Assembly (NCBI GenBank): GCA_965208575.1
Contig: CBDBOV010000001.1
Span: 416,001-480,000 of the forward strand
DNA from: Spirochaetia bacterium
GTDB taxonomy: Bacteria > Spirochaetota > Spirochaetia > SZUA-6 > Bin103
DNA: 64,000 bases
Reading direction: 5' to 3'
Part shown: piece by piece, positions 19,089 to 28,889 of the stretch
Numbering within the stretch: the first letter of the stretch is position 1
Layout: each line of letters opens with the position of its first letter
Translations under genes and position numbers: made by a program
Notes under the pieces: model-generated
The model's input: only the letters and a program-made list of their open reading frames with translations
Told to the model about the DNA's origin: nothing
Databases searched by the model: none

Positions 19089-19706
19089 ATGGACACGAGG
19101 TCAGAGAGACGGCGCGGCCGGCTGTCGGCGGGTTTGACGAAGATGGCGTGGCTGCCGCTGCCGGCGGCGCTCGTCCTGCTGCTGGCGGCTGCCTGCAACC
19201 GCGGCGGAGACGACTCGGGCCAGGGAGCCGCGGCGGCGGCGGCGAATCTGCCGCAGGTGGGCGACTTCGAAATCGTGGCCTATCAGACCGGTTCGGGACT
19301 CACCGCGGAGCGCATGCAGTTCAGCGCGGTGCTCGACGCCGGCAAGCCGGTGGTGCTCAACTTCTGGGCCGGACTGTGTCCCCCGTGCCGCGCGGAGATG
19401 CCGGAGTTCCAGGAAGTGTACGATGAGTATAGCGACCGCATCCTGATGCTGGGCATCGACCTGGGGCCGTTCACCGGGCTCGGCAACACCGACCAGGGCC
19501 GGGCGCTGTTGAGCGAGTTGGGAGTGTCCTACCCGGCGGGTACCACCGAAGATGCCGACGTGGTGGCGCAGTTCCAGGTGCTCGGCATGCCGACTACGCT
19601 GTTTGTCACCCCCGATGGAGGTGTCGTCGCCAAGTGGACCGGCATCCTCACCAAGGACAAGCTGATCGAGCACGTCGAAGAGTTGCTCGCGGTAAGCAGC
19701 CCGTGA
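19089..19706 (+). CDS. TlpA-like thiol-disulfide oxidoreductase lipoprotein
   Basis: Lipobox LAAAC; GKPVVLNFWAGLCPPCRAEMP; GMPTT. Confidence 0.9.
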   Translation: MDTRSERRRGRLSAGLTKMAWLPLPAALVLLLAAACNRGGDDSGQGAAAAAANLPQVGDFEIVAYQTGSGLTAERMQFSAVLDAGKPVVLNFWAGLCPPCRAEMPEFQEVYDEYSDRILMLGIDLGPFTGLGNTDQGRALLSELGVSYPAGTTEDADVVAQFQVLGMPTTLFVTPDGGVVAKWTGILTKDKLIEHVEELLAVSSP

Positions 19707-20548
19707 GCGGCGCCGAGGCGGTCAGCCGCCGCAACCAGGTGATCAGCTTCGCGGTGCCGGCGCTGGTGGTGGCCGCGCTGCTGGCGGCGGTGATCCGCGT
19801 GCAGGCCGACGTCGAGTCGGCGGCGGCCAACGTGTCCGTTACCCTGCCGTTCCTGTTCGCGTTCCTCGCCGGCATGGTGGCGAGCGTCAACCCGTGCGGG
19901 TTCGTCATGCTGCCCACCTACATCTCCTACCACCTCGGCAGCGAGGAGGAGGGGTTCTACGACCGCTCCTTCGTCGAGCGCGCCGGGCGCGGCCTGCTGC
20001 TCGGCGTGGCGGCCACCGGCGGCTTCATCGCGGTCGCCGCCGCGGTGGGAGTGGTGGTGGCGGCCGGCGGCCAGTGGCTTACCGCCACCTTTCGGTTCTT
20101 CGGCGCCGCGCTCGGCGTCGTCCTGCTCGGCATCGGCGTGTGGCTGCTGACCGGGCGCGGCAAGCTGGCGCTGCTGGCGGCGAGCCGCGTGCACGTGAGC
20201 CCGCGCCGCAACCTCGGCAACGTGGTGGCGTTCGGCGCCGCCTACTCGATCAGCTCGCTGAGCTGCACCCTGCCGATCTTTCTCGCCGTGGTCGGCATCG
20301 GCCTCGGCACGCAGGGGCTCGGCGCCGCCTTCGGCCAGTTCATGGGCTACGCGCTGGGCATGGGGTCGGTGCTGATCGCCGTAACCGTGGGCGCCGCCCT
20401 GTTTCGCGGCGCGGTGGCGAAGTGGCTGCGCGGTTCGATGCTGGCCATCAGCCGCGCCAGCGCCATGTTCCTGGTCGGCGCCGGCGGCTACCTGATCTAC
20501 TACTGGGTCGTGTTCGCCGACGCCTTCGGCTGGTTCGCCGCCGCCTGA
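19703..20548 (+). CDS. ccdA: Cytochrome c biogenesis CcdA/DsbD-TM protein
   Basis: AGMVASVNPCGFVMLP and SLSCTLPIF redox Cys motifs; multi-TM; GTGA overlap with tlpA. Confidence 0.85.
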   Translation: MSGAEAVSRRNQVISFAVPALVVAALLAAVIRVQADVESAAANVSVTLPFLFAFLAGMVASVNPCGFVMLPTYISYHLGSEEEGFYDRSFVERAGRGLLLGVAATGGFIAVAAAVGVVVAAGGQWLTATFRFFGAALGVVLLGIGVWLLTGRGKLALLAASRVHVSPRRNLGNVVAFGAAYSISSLSCTLPIFLAVVGIGLGTQGLGAAFGQFMGYALGMGSVLIAVTVGAALFRGAVAKWLRGSMLAISRASAMFLVGAGGYLIYYWVVFADAFGWFAAA

Positions 20549-20575
20549 GCCGCCGTCCGCCCGCCGCGGGACGGG

Positions 20576-21592
20576 TCACTCGTCCCAGGGGTGGAGGATT
20601 ACCTTGCCGGTCTCGCCGGTGAGTTGCAGTTCGAACGCCTTCCGGGCGTCCTTCATCGGCATGCGGTGGGTGATCTGCTTGTCGAGCAGATCACTGGAGT
20701 CGGCGATCACGCCGAGCAGCTTGGAGGCGTCGGCGCGGTTGTAGTGCCACGCCCCGAACAGTGCGAGGCCGCGGCTGATCATGTCGCGGCTGGTACCCAG
20801 CGGCACGTCGCCGCCCTGGCCGACGAACGCCAAACGGCCGCGGCGACGCAGGCAGTCGAGCGCGAAGCGCTGTGCCGGCGCGACGCCGGAGCAGTCCACC
20901 GCGGCATCCACGCCGCGGCCGCCGGTCAACTCCCACACCTGCTCGACGGCGCCGTCGGCGGCCGGATCGACCGCCACCGCACCGAGCTCCTCGGCCAGCT
21001 TGCGCCGGTAGGGGATCGTCTCCACCGCGACCGGGCGCGCGCGCCGGTGCAGGACGTTGACGATTGCCCCAAGGCCCACGGGACCGATGCCGGTGACCAT
21101 CACCGTCTCGCCGCTGCCCACGTTCATGCGCTGCATGGCGCCGAACGTGGGGCCGAGACCGCAGCACGCCATGCTGCCGTGGTCATACGACATCGAGTCG
21201 GGAAGAGGAACCAGGAACCGGTCCTGCTTGATCACGTACTGCGCGTAGGTGCCGGTGCCGTGCTCGTATATGCCGAGCTCTTCGGGACTCGGCTGGTTCT
21301 CGCAGTGGATGTACTCGCCGGCCAGACACAGGTCGCACACGCCGCAACTGGTCTGCGGCATCACCGCCACCCGGTCGCCCACCTTGATCAGGCTGGAGTG
21401 GTCCACGTCCACCACCTCGCCGGCCGCCTCGTGGCCCATCGACAGTTGCCCGCGCCCCGCCTTGTACGCCTTGTACTCGGTGCACATGGGTGCGCTGTGG
21501 ATCTTTACCACCACCCACTCGCCCTGCGCCCGCGGATCGGGAACGTCTGCCAGGCTCACCTGCCGGTCATCGGTCGTCTGAACTACTTTCAC
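20576..21592 (-). CDS. Zinc-binding (MDR) alcohol/sugar dehydrogenase
   Basis: MGHEAAG, CGVCDLC...C structural Zn site, GIGPVGLG. Confidence 0.92.
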   Translation of the reverse strand: MKVVQTTDDRQVSLADVPDPRAQGEWVVVKIHSAPMCTEYKAYKAGRGQLSMGHEAAGEVVDVDHSSLIKVGDRVAVMPQTSCGVCDLCLAGEYIHCENQPSPEELGIYEHGTGTYAQYVIKQDRFLVPLPDSMSYDHGSMACCGLGPTFGAMQRMNVGSGETVMVTGIGPVGLGAIVNVLHRRARPVAVETIPYRRKLAEELGAVAVDPAADGAVEQVWELTGGRGVDAAVDCSGVAPAQRFALDCLRRRGRLAFVGQGGDVPLGTSRDMISRGLALFGAWHYNRADASKLLGVIADSSDLLDKQITHRMPMKDARKAFELQLTGETGKVILHPWDE

Positions 21593-21787
21593 GATGGTAC
21601 TCCCACGATTGCGCTCGGCGGCATCATAGTGACCCGCGCCGGGCACGACAAGGACGCGTGGCGAGCCGGCTGCGCTGTGCCAGAGGGGGCGCTTGCGGAC
21701 CCCGTGGTTGCCGCTTGCCGGGGTGCGTCGGCGGCAAGTAACTTTCGGCGCCGTGAACAGCTACCCGCAGCCGAACGGTACCGGGCA

Positions 21788-24016
21788 ATGACCGACACCA
21801 TTGCCGCCGGCGACGATGGCCTGACCCCGCGCCAGATGCGCGCAGCGCAGCGCAACTTCACCTTGTTCTCGTTCCTGAACGTGGTGTCGTTCCACCTGTT
21901 GACCGGCAATCTGATCGCCCTCTACGCCCTGCGCCTCGGCGCCGGCGACCTGCTGGTCGGCGTGCTGTACTCGTTCTTTCCACTCGGCCAACTGGTGCCG
22001 CTGCTCGGCCGCCTCATCGTGCGGCGGCTCGGCACGGTGCGCACCATGGGCATCTTCTGGGTTGCCCGCTATGCGCTGATGTCGCCGATCCTGCTGGCGC
22101 CCCTGTTTGCCAACAATGCGGCCCCGGTCAGCATCTGGCTGATCGTGGCGGCCGTGGTCGGCTTCAACCTGGCGCGCGGCGTCGCCATCACCGGCCACAA
22201 CGCCATCGTCGGCGCCATTACCACCGAAACCGAACGTGGCTCGTTCCTGTCGCGCAATCAGCTCGTGATCCATGCCGCCGGCATCGGCGCGGGGCTGGCG
22301 ATCGGGCTGCTGCTGCAGGAACAGTCGCCGCTGTGGCTGTATTCCCTGCTGATGGGAGCCGGCATCGTGATCGGCCTGTCCTCGACCCGGCTGGTGTTCC
22401 GCTTCCCGGAGCCGCCCGCCCCCGACCGCGCCGGCGGCTTCTTCGCGTCGCTCGGCCGCACGCTGCGGCGCACCGGCGTGCCGCGCTTCCTGGTCCTGCT
22501 GGCGGTGCACAGCTTCGCGGTTTCCATGGTGATCCCGTTCCTGGTGGTGTACGCCAAGCGGGCGCACGGCCTCGGCGACAACACCGCCATGCTGCTCGGG
22601 GCGGTGGGCGGAGCCGGCGCCATCGTCATGGCGCTGGTGAGCGCATTCGTGATCGACCGGGTAGGCGCCAAGCCGCTGATTTCGCTGTTCACCGCGACCC
22701 TGGCCGTGACCACGGTGATGCTGGCCGTGGCACCGCCGCTCGACACCGTCACCGCGGTGTGGGTGTACCTGGGCGTGGTGTTCTTCTTCGCCACCTTCGG
22801 CGCCGCCGGAGCCACCAGCGCCAACAGCGTCTACTATTTCAATCTCACGCCGAGCGCCGACCGGCTCAACCTCGGCATTCTTTACTTCCTGGTCACCGGC
22901 ATCCCGGCATCGCTCGGGTCGCTGGGCGGCGGCTTGGCACTCGACTTCCTGAGGTCGGTGCGGGCGCTGGACGTGCCCGACGTGTACCGGATCTATTTCG
23001 GCGCCCTTGCGGTGGCCTACGTCGGCATTCTCATGCTGGCATCGCGCATTGAGCGGCTTGGCGCCTACCGGGTGCACGACCTGCTGGGACTGTTCGCGTC
23101 GCCGCGCGACCTGCGGGCGCTGGCGCTGTTGCACCGGCTGAAGGGCAGCAGCACCTCCGACAGCGAGCAGTCGCTGGTGCGCCGGCTCGGCGATGCGCCG
23201 TCGCGGCTGGCGGCGCCCGACCTGCTGCGCCGCCTCGACTCACCGCGCTTCGCGGTGCGGTCGGAGGCGCTGGACTCGCTCGCCGACATGCCGGCCACCG
23301 ACGAACTGGCGCGCGCCCTGATCGCGGAGGTGGCCGGGCAGCCGTTCACGACCGCGCACAAGGCGGCCGACCTGATCGGGCGCAAGCAGCTGGCCGACGG
23401 GGTGGAGGTGCTGCGCGGCAGCCTCACCTCGCCGGACGTGTTCCTGGTCGGCAAGGCGATGGTGTCGCTGGCCCGTCTCGGCGACCAGGCGAGCCGCGCT
23501 CCCATCGAGGAGCTGTTCCGCTCTACCGACAACCCGCGCCTGCTGATCCACGGCGCGGCCGCGCTGGAGCTGTTCGGCGACCCCGCGTCGCTGGACGACG
23601 TGCTGGCGGTGCTGGAACGAGCGCCGAGCCGCTACGTACGCGACGAGGTGATCCTGTCCGCGGCCGGCATCCTGGAGATGGCCAACAACTTCTACCCGCT
23701 GTACCAGGGGTTCCTCGCCGACGCGCGGCGCGGCATCGCGCTGGTTACCGACTACGTGGCCGAGCAGCAGGAGCGCGCCCGTCTGGAGCCGCACGTGCTG
23801 GGGCTGGTCACGGCGCCGGTGGCCGCGTTCGGCGATCCGGCGGCGTTCCGCTCCGCCGCCGGCGACGCGCTGGAGGCGATCCCGGTCGTGGTGCGCGACG
23901 TGCCGCTCACCGCCATCCTCTCCGAGGCGTTGCAGCGACCGGTCACCGGCGCTCTCGACCACTACCGCTTCCTGCTCGCCGCCAGCGTCGCGTTCTACGC
24001 CTGGCGCCGCCTGTAA
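21788..24016 (+). CDS. MFS transporter fused to a C-terminal HEAT-repeat domain
   Basis: About 12 hydrophobic segments with DRVGAKP motif, then helical repeats (SPRFAVRSEALDSL, SPDVFLVGKAMVSLARLGD). Confidence 0.85.
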   Translation: MTDTIAAGDDGLTPRQMRAAQRNFTLFSFLNVVSFHLLTGNLIALYALRLGAGDLLVGVLYSFFPLGQLVPLLGRLIVRRLGTVRTMGIFWVARYALMSPILLAPLFANNAAPVSIWLIVAAVVGFNLARGVAITGHNAIVGAITTETERGSFLSRNQLVIHAAGIGAGLAIGLLLQEQSPLWLYSLLMGAGIVIGLSSTRLVFRFPEPPAPDRAGGFFASLGRTLRRTGVPRFLVLLAVHSFAVSMVIPFLVVYAKRAHGLGDNTAMLLGAVGGAGAIVMALVSAFVIDRVGAKPLISLFTATLAVTTVMLAVAPPLDTVTAVWVYLGVVFFFATFGAAGATSANSVYYFNLTPSADRLNLGILYFLVTGIPASLGSLGGGLALDFLRSVRALDVPDVYRIYFGALAVAYVGILMLASRIERLGAYRVHDLLGLFASPRDLRALALLHRLKGSSTSDSEQSLVRRLGDAPSRLAAPDLLRRLDSPRFAVRSEALDSLADMPATDELARALIAEVAGQPFTTAHKAADLIGRKQLADGVEVLRGSLTSPDVFLVGKAMVSLARLGDQASRAPIEELFRSTDNPRLLIHGAAALELFGDPASLDDVLAVLERAPSRYVRDEVILSAAGILEMANNFYPLYQGFLADARRGIALVTDYVAEQQERARLEPHVLGLVTAPVAAFGDPAAFRSAAGDALEAIPVVVRDVPLTAILSEALQRPVTGALDHYRFLLAASVAFYAWRRL

Positions 24017-24021
24017 ACAGT

Positions 24022-24993
24022 CTACTCGATGCGCTCCAACTGTCCTGAATCGGCCGAGCGCTCGGCGGCTTCCACGATGCGCTGCGCGTGGACGGCGTCG
24101 GCCATGGTCGACAGCGGCGCCGGGCCCCCGTCGCGCACGTGGGCGACGAAGTGCTCCACTTCGCGGTAGATCGAGTAGGGGTAGGCGCTGTAGGTCTGCG
24201 AGTGGACCTCGGCGGGCTTGTTCTGCACCCAGTCGCGGTAGCTGTAGCGGGTGGCACCGTCGGTGCCGATCGCCTTGATCAGCACCGTCCACGGGTCGGC
24301 GGTGTGGTCGTCGGCGGCGAAGCTGGCCTCAAGGTGGGCGAGCGCTCCCGAACCCATGCGCAGGTTCACCAGCGCGACATCCTCCTGGGTGATGGTCTGG
24401 TAATGCAGGGTGGCCTTCATGGCACTCAACTCGACCGGGCGTCCGGCGAGGTAGAGCAGAATGTAGGCGTGATGGGTCAGGATCTGGCGAATCACGCCCG
24501 GAATCGTGCGCACGTGCTCTTCGGCGTGGTGAATGTTGTACAGCACGTACACCGCGATCAGCCGCCCGAGCGCGCCGCCCGCGATCAGTTCGCCGGCGCG
24601 TCGCACGCCGTCCTCGTAGATGTAGTTGTGGCCCGGCATGCACACCAGGCCCGCGGCGTCGGCGCGCGCCGCCATCTCCTCGATCTCGGCCACCGTGACA
24701 CTCACCGGCTTTTCCACCAGCACGTGCTTGCCGGCCGCCAGCGCCTGCAAGGTGAACTCGTGATGGCTCTCCAGGTTGGTGAGCACGTGCACGGCGTCGA
24801 TGGCCGGGTCGGCGAGCAGGTCGTCGGCGCTGTCGTAGCGCGCGCAGCCCCAGGCGCGCGCCTTCTGCTCGGCCCGCGCCGGGGTGCGGTTCCACACTCC
24901 CACCAGCCGCACCCCGGCGCAGCGCCGCACCGCCTCCGCGTGCAGGTTGGCCACCACTCCGGCGCCGAAGAATCCGATTCCCAGTTGTTTCAT
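24022..24993 (-). CDS. Gfo/Idh/MocA family oxidoreductase
   Basis: FGAGVVANLH, AGKHVLVEKPV, MPGHNYIY. Confidence 0.92.
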   Translation of the reverse strand: MKQLGIGFFGAGVVANLHAEAVRRCAGVRLVGVWNRTPARAEQKARAWGCARYDSADDLLADPAIDAVHVLTNLESHHEFTLQALAAGKHVLVEKPVSVTVAEIEEMAARADAAGLVCMPGHNYIYEDGVRRAGELIAGGALGRLIAVYVLYNIHHAEEHVRTIPGVIRQILTHHAYILLYLAGRPVELSAMKATLHYQTITQEDVALVNLRMGSGALAHLEASFAADDHTADPWTVLIKAIGTDGATRYSYRDWVQNKPAEVHSQTYSAYPYSIYREVEHFVAHVRDGGPAPLSTMADAVHAQRIVEAAERSADSGQLERIE

Positions 24994-25074
24994 GTCGCCG
25001 AAGACTATGGTGTCCCGACCCCGGCCTGTGCAATGCCCGGTCCGCGTGGTTCGTGCTACTGTGCGGCCACGAAT

Positions 25075-26097
25075 ATGGAATATCGCCGCTTGGGGCGTTC
25101 GGGCCTGAAGGTGTCCGAACTGTGTCTGGGAACGATGACCTTCGGGGTGACGGCCGGCGCCGAAGCCGCCTCCGCCATGGTGAACGCCGCCTTCGACGCC
25201 GGGGTCAACTTCTTCGACACCGCCAACTCCTACGCCGAGGGCGCATCGGAGCGCCTGCTCGGCCAGGCGCTGGCGGGTCGCCGCCGGGACGCGGTGGTGG
25301 CCACCAAGTTCTTCAACCCGATGGGCGGCGGCATCAACGACTCCGGCATGTCGCGCGTGCACATCATGGCGGCCGTGGAGGACAGCCTGCGCCGGCTCGG
25401 CACCGACTGGATCGACATCTACTACATCCACCACGTCGACGTGGAGACCGAGCTGGACGAGATGCTGTACGCCGTCGATGCGCTCGTGCGTCAGGGCAAG
25501 GTGCGCTACCCGGCGTGCAGCAACTACGAGGCATGGCGGCTGAGCGAGGCGCTGTGGCTCAGCGACCACCACGGGCTGGCGCGATTCGCCTGCTACCAGC
25601 CGCAGTACAGCCTGGTGGTGCGCGACATCGAGCTGGAGCTGCTGCCGCTGTGCCGGTACAAGCGGCTCGGCGTGGCGGTGTGGGCTCCGCTGGCGGGCGG
25701 CTTCCTGGCCGGCAAGTATCGCCCCGGCACGCAGGTGCGCGAGGGCAGCCGTTCGGCGGACGGATGGGCCTATCCGCGGGCGTACTTCGCGCCGACCGCG
25801 GACGCCACCCTGGCGCTGCTGCTGGATCGCGCTTCGGAGACCGGCCGGACGCCCGCCCAGGTGGCGTTGCGCTGGGTGCTGGAGCGACCGGGCATAACGT
25901 CGGCCATCGTGGGCGCACGCGACGTCGAGCAGTTGTCCCAGAACCTGGGCGCGGCCGGCTGGCGGCTGGATCCGGCGCTGCGCGAGGCGCTCACCGAGGT
26001 GAGCGAGCCGGCGGCGCGCTACCCGCAGGCGATGGAGGGAGAGATGGTGCAGCGCCGCGCCGCCGCGGTCGCGACACCGGCGGGAGACAAGCGATGA
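25075..26097 (+). CDS. Aldo/keto reductase
   Basis: YRRLGRSGLKVSELCLGTMTFG, FFDTANSY, SLRRLGTDWIDIYYIH, WAPLAGG. Confidence 0.95.
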   Translation: MEYRRLGRSGLKVSELCLGTMTFGVTAGAEAASAMVNAAFDAGVNFFDTANSYAEGASERLLGQALAGRRRDAVVATKFFNPMGGGINDSGMSRVHIMAAVEDSLRRLGTDWIDIYYIHHVDVETELDEMLYAVDALVRQGKVRYPACSNYEAWRLSEALWLSDHHGLARFACYQPQYSLVVRDIELELLPLCRYKRLGVAVWAPLAGGFLAGKYRPGTQVREGSRSADGWAYPRAYFAPTADATLALLLDRASETGRTPAQVALRWVLERPGITSAIVGARDVEQLSQNLGAAGWRLDPALREALTEVSEPAARYPQAMEGEMVQRRAAAVATPAGDKR

Positions 26098-26981
26098 GCT
26101 GGCAGTGGGAATTGATCCACCACCACGAGTTCATCACCGAGGGACCGGTGTGGGACGGCCGCTACCTGTTCTACTCCGAGATATACGCCAACCGCACCTG
26201 GCGCTACGATCCGGCCGGCGGCGAGCGGGTGGTGTGGCGCGAGGGCACGCAGCGCGCCAACGGCATGCTGCGCGCGCCCGGCGGCGGCCTGCTGGCGTGC
26301 GAGGGCGGCGGGCGGCGCGTGGTGCGTTATGTCGCGGATGGGTCCGCCGAGGTGATCGCCGACCGCTTCGAGGGCAAGCAGTTCAACGAGCCCAACGATC
26401 TCGCCCAGGCGAACAGCGGGCGCATCTGGTTCAGCGACCCCAACTACGGCGGGCGCCCCATGCAGCTCGACCACGAGTCGGTGTACTGCGTCGATCCGTC
26501 CGGTGCACCGGTCGCCACGCCGGAAGGCACGCCGGGCGGCGCGGCGGCGCGGCGCGTCACCTTCGACACCAACCGGCCCAACGGCGTCCTGCTGAACGAG
26601 GACGAGAGCGAACTGTACGTGGCCGAGAGCCCGCACCGGCCCGATCAGCGGCGCCAGTTGCGCGCCTACCCGATCGCCGCCGACGGTTCCCTCGGCGAAC
26701 ACCGCGTGCTGCACGACTTCGCCGACGGACGCGGCGTCGACGGCATGACGCGCACCACCGAGGGGCTGATCGTGGCCACGGCCGGGCACCGCGAGCGCGG
26801 CCCCGGGCCGATGATCTACGTGTTCGAGCCGTCCGGACGGGTGGTGTCCACGCATCCGTCGCCCACCGACAAGCCCACCAACTGCACCTTCGCCGAGGCG
26901 GGGCGCCGCGTGCTGTACGTTACGTTTTCCGGTGGCGAGCTGTACCGGGTGGCCGACACCGGCTTGGGCGGCGCCGTGTAG
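26094..26981 (+). CDS. SMP-30/gluconolactonase family protein
   Basis: ITEGPVW, FNEPND, RPNG, GVDGM, PTNCTF; ATGA overlap with the AKR gene. Confidence 0.92.
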   Translation: MSWQWELIHHHEFITEGPVWDGRYLFYSEIYANRTWRYDPAGGERVVWREGTQRANGMLRAPGGGLLACEGGGRRVVRYVADGSAEVIADRFEGKQFNEPNDLAQANSGRIWFSDPNYGGRPMQLDHESVYCVDPSGAPVATPEGTPGGAAARRVTFDTNRPNGVLLNEDESELYVAESPHRPDQRRQLRAYPIAADGSLGEHRVLHDFADGRGVDGMTRTTEGLIVATAGHRERGPGPMIYVFEPSGRVVSTHPSPTDKPTNCTFAEAGRRVLYVTFSGGELYRVADTGLGGAV

Positions 26982-27080
26982 CTCTCCGGCCAGCCGGTGG
27001 CGAACTCCTGCCGGCCCGCCGCTCTCGGTGCGACGCCGGGCTCCACCACCGGCGGCGAGCAACCGCTGCGACAGCGCGGT

Positions 27081-27506
27081 TCAAGCCACGAACAACTGGT
27101 AGGCAAGGGTCGAGAACACCGCCCCGACCACCATGCCGACCACCACCTCGGAGGTGCTGTGGCCCACGACCGGCGGGTTGAACGCGGGCCGCCGGTCGGG
27201 CAGCAGTGCGATCAGCTCGCGCAGCACGCGGCTGTGGTGGTCTACGGTGCGGCGCAGGCGGATCGCGTCGAACACCACGATGGCGGCCAGCACTACCGAC
27301 ACCGTGAACGCCGCGGACGACCAGCCCTCCACCAGGCCCACCGAGACGGTCAGCGCGCTGACGAACGCGGAGTGGGCGCTCGGCATGCCGCCGGTGGAAA
27401 ACAGGCGATGCGCTTCCAGGCGGCGGTTGCGAATCGAGTAATACACCACCTTGAAGGCCTGGCAACCGAACTGGATGGCAACCGTTATCAGCAGCGCGGG
27501 ATTCAC
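27081..27506 (-). CDS. Divergent PAP2 family (DUF212) membrane protein
   Basis: AQ/CQAFK, TGGMPSAHSA, VGHSTSEVVVG. Confidence 0.88.
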   Translation of the reverse strand: MNPALLITVAIQFGCQAFKVVYYSIRNRRLEAHRLFSTGGMPSAHSAFVSALTVSVGLVEGWSSAAFTVSVVLAAIVVFDAIRLRRTVDHHSRVLRELIALLPDRRPAFNPPVVGHSTSEVVVGMVVGAVFSTLAYQLFVA

Positions 27507-27537
27507 GATGGGAGGCCCCGCGGTGCTCGTAGGCGAC

Positions 27538-28827
27538 TCAGGTCAGTCCCGCGCGCAGGGCGCCGAGGTGGCGCGCAAAGTGGTCGGCGAGCACGTCGCA
27601 GTAGGTATCGGGATGCGCGTGCAGCACGGCGGCGATTGCCGGACCCAACTCGGCATCGCGCAGTGTCGATCCGAACGTGCAGTGCAGAATCTGGCGCCCC
27701 GGCTGCGTGAACCCGTTGCCCGCGGGAACACGGTCCCACAACTCCAGGTAGAGATGCTCCAGTTCGGTCGCATCGTCGATGGCGTCGGCGGACGCTACTC
27801 CTTCGACCGTCGCCGACACGTGGTAGGTGGCCTTGTCGGTGTCGTAGCGCCCGCGCCCGAATGCGATGATGCGGCGAAACAGCGCCTCGTCGTGACGCGC
27901 CACCACGCGCAACGCTTCCAGGTAGCTGGTGCCGGCGGTCTTGACGTGGAAGCGGCCGCGGCTGGCGCGCGCGAACGCCGGGTACATCGACAGCTTGTCG
28001 GAGCCGGAGTGCAGTGACAGCTTGTAGGGTCCGAGCGCGTCGGCAATGTCGGCATGCTGGCCGAGCGAACGTTCCAGCGCCGCCACGTCCCCCTTGTAGT
28101 CCACGCCCTTCTCGAAGTCGCCGACATAGCGCGGCGCCAGCGACACCAGTTTCATGCCGCTCTCGATGCACAGCTCGGCCACGATGTAGTGTTCCGCGAG
28201 CGTGGTGGGCTGCTCGGTTTCGTCGACGCTGAGCTCGATTTCGTAGTCGGTGCCGGCGGCCTCGTTGACGGTCCGAATGTGGTCGCCGAGCATCAGCGCG
28301 TGACCGATGGCGCGGCCATACTTCACCGCGCAGCGTATGCACGCCAGTTCGTCGAACGTGATGGTGGTGTCGCCGCAGGTGACCTCGCGGCCCTCGTAGC
28401 GCGCCACCCAGTCGGTCTCGTCGCGCACCGCGGCATACTTGGCCCGCAGGATGGCTTCGTCGTAGCTGTCGGCGTGCTCGTCGACGTGGTCGGACGGATC
28501 GATCGTGTAGAAGGTGTAACCCGCCGCGTGCGTGGCGTCGACGTCCGCGGTGGTCTTCAGGTGGTCGGCGTCGGCTCCGGTGCATCCGGCCCAGGAACTG
28601 GCGGCCATGCCGTGCAGGGCGTCGTGCAGTACCTCGGTTGGCGAACGGTCGGTGCGCTCCATCTCGCGGATCGATTGTTGGGCGAAGATCGGTTCGATGC
28701 CGGCGCCGTTGCGCGCCATCGCCGCCACGTGTCCCGGCGTGGCGAGTCCGATGCGGTCGCCGAACCCGAAACTGGGCGCCAGGCCCAGGGTGACGGCGCA
28801 CACCTGGGGAGCAGCTTCAGTAGCCAT
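27538..28827 (-). CDS. uxaE: Tagaturonate/fructuronate epimerase
   Basis: SFGFGDRIGLATPGH, FAQQSIRE, GADADHLK, LSVDETE, KLSLHSGSDK, HVKTAGTSYLEAL. Confidence 0.92.
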   Translation of the reverse strand: MATEAAPQVCAVTLGLAPSFGFGDRIGLATPGHVAAMARNGAGIEPIFAQQSIREMERTDRSPTEVLHDALHGMAASSWAGCTGADADHLKTTADVDATHAAGYTFYTIDPSDHVDEHADSYDEAILRAKYAAVRDETDWVARYEGREVTCGDTTITFDELACIRCAVKYGRAIGHALMLGDHIRTVNEAAGTDYEIELSVDETEQPTTLAEHYIVAELCIESGMKLVSLAPRYVGDFEKGVDYKGDVAALERSLGQHADIADALGPYKLSLHSGSDKLSMYPAFARASRGRFHVKTAGTSYLEALRVVARHDEALFRRIIAFGRGRYDTDKATYHVSATVEGVASADAIDDATELEHLYLELWDRVPAGNGFTQPGRQILHCTFGSTLRDAELGPAIAAVLHAHPDTYCDVLADHFARHLGALRAGLT

Positions 28828-28889
28828 GTTCGCGGGCGATTATGTGGCATCGTCGTGGCGGGCGCAAGCCAACGCGCTAGCGTGAGTTT

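Noticed and set aside
20591-24016. Apparent 1141-aa giant protein
   Set aside because: The first ~400 codons are antisense to the Zn dehydrogenase; the real MFS-HEAT gene starts at 21788
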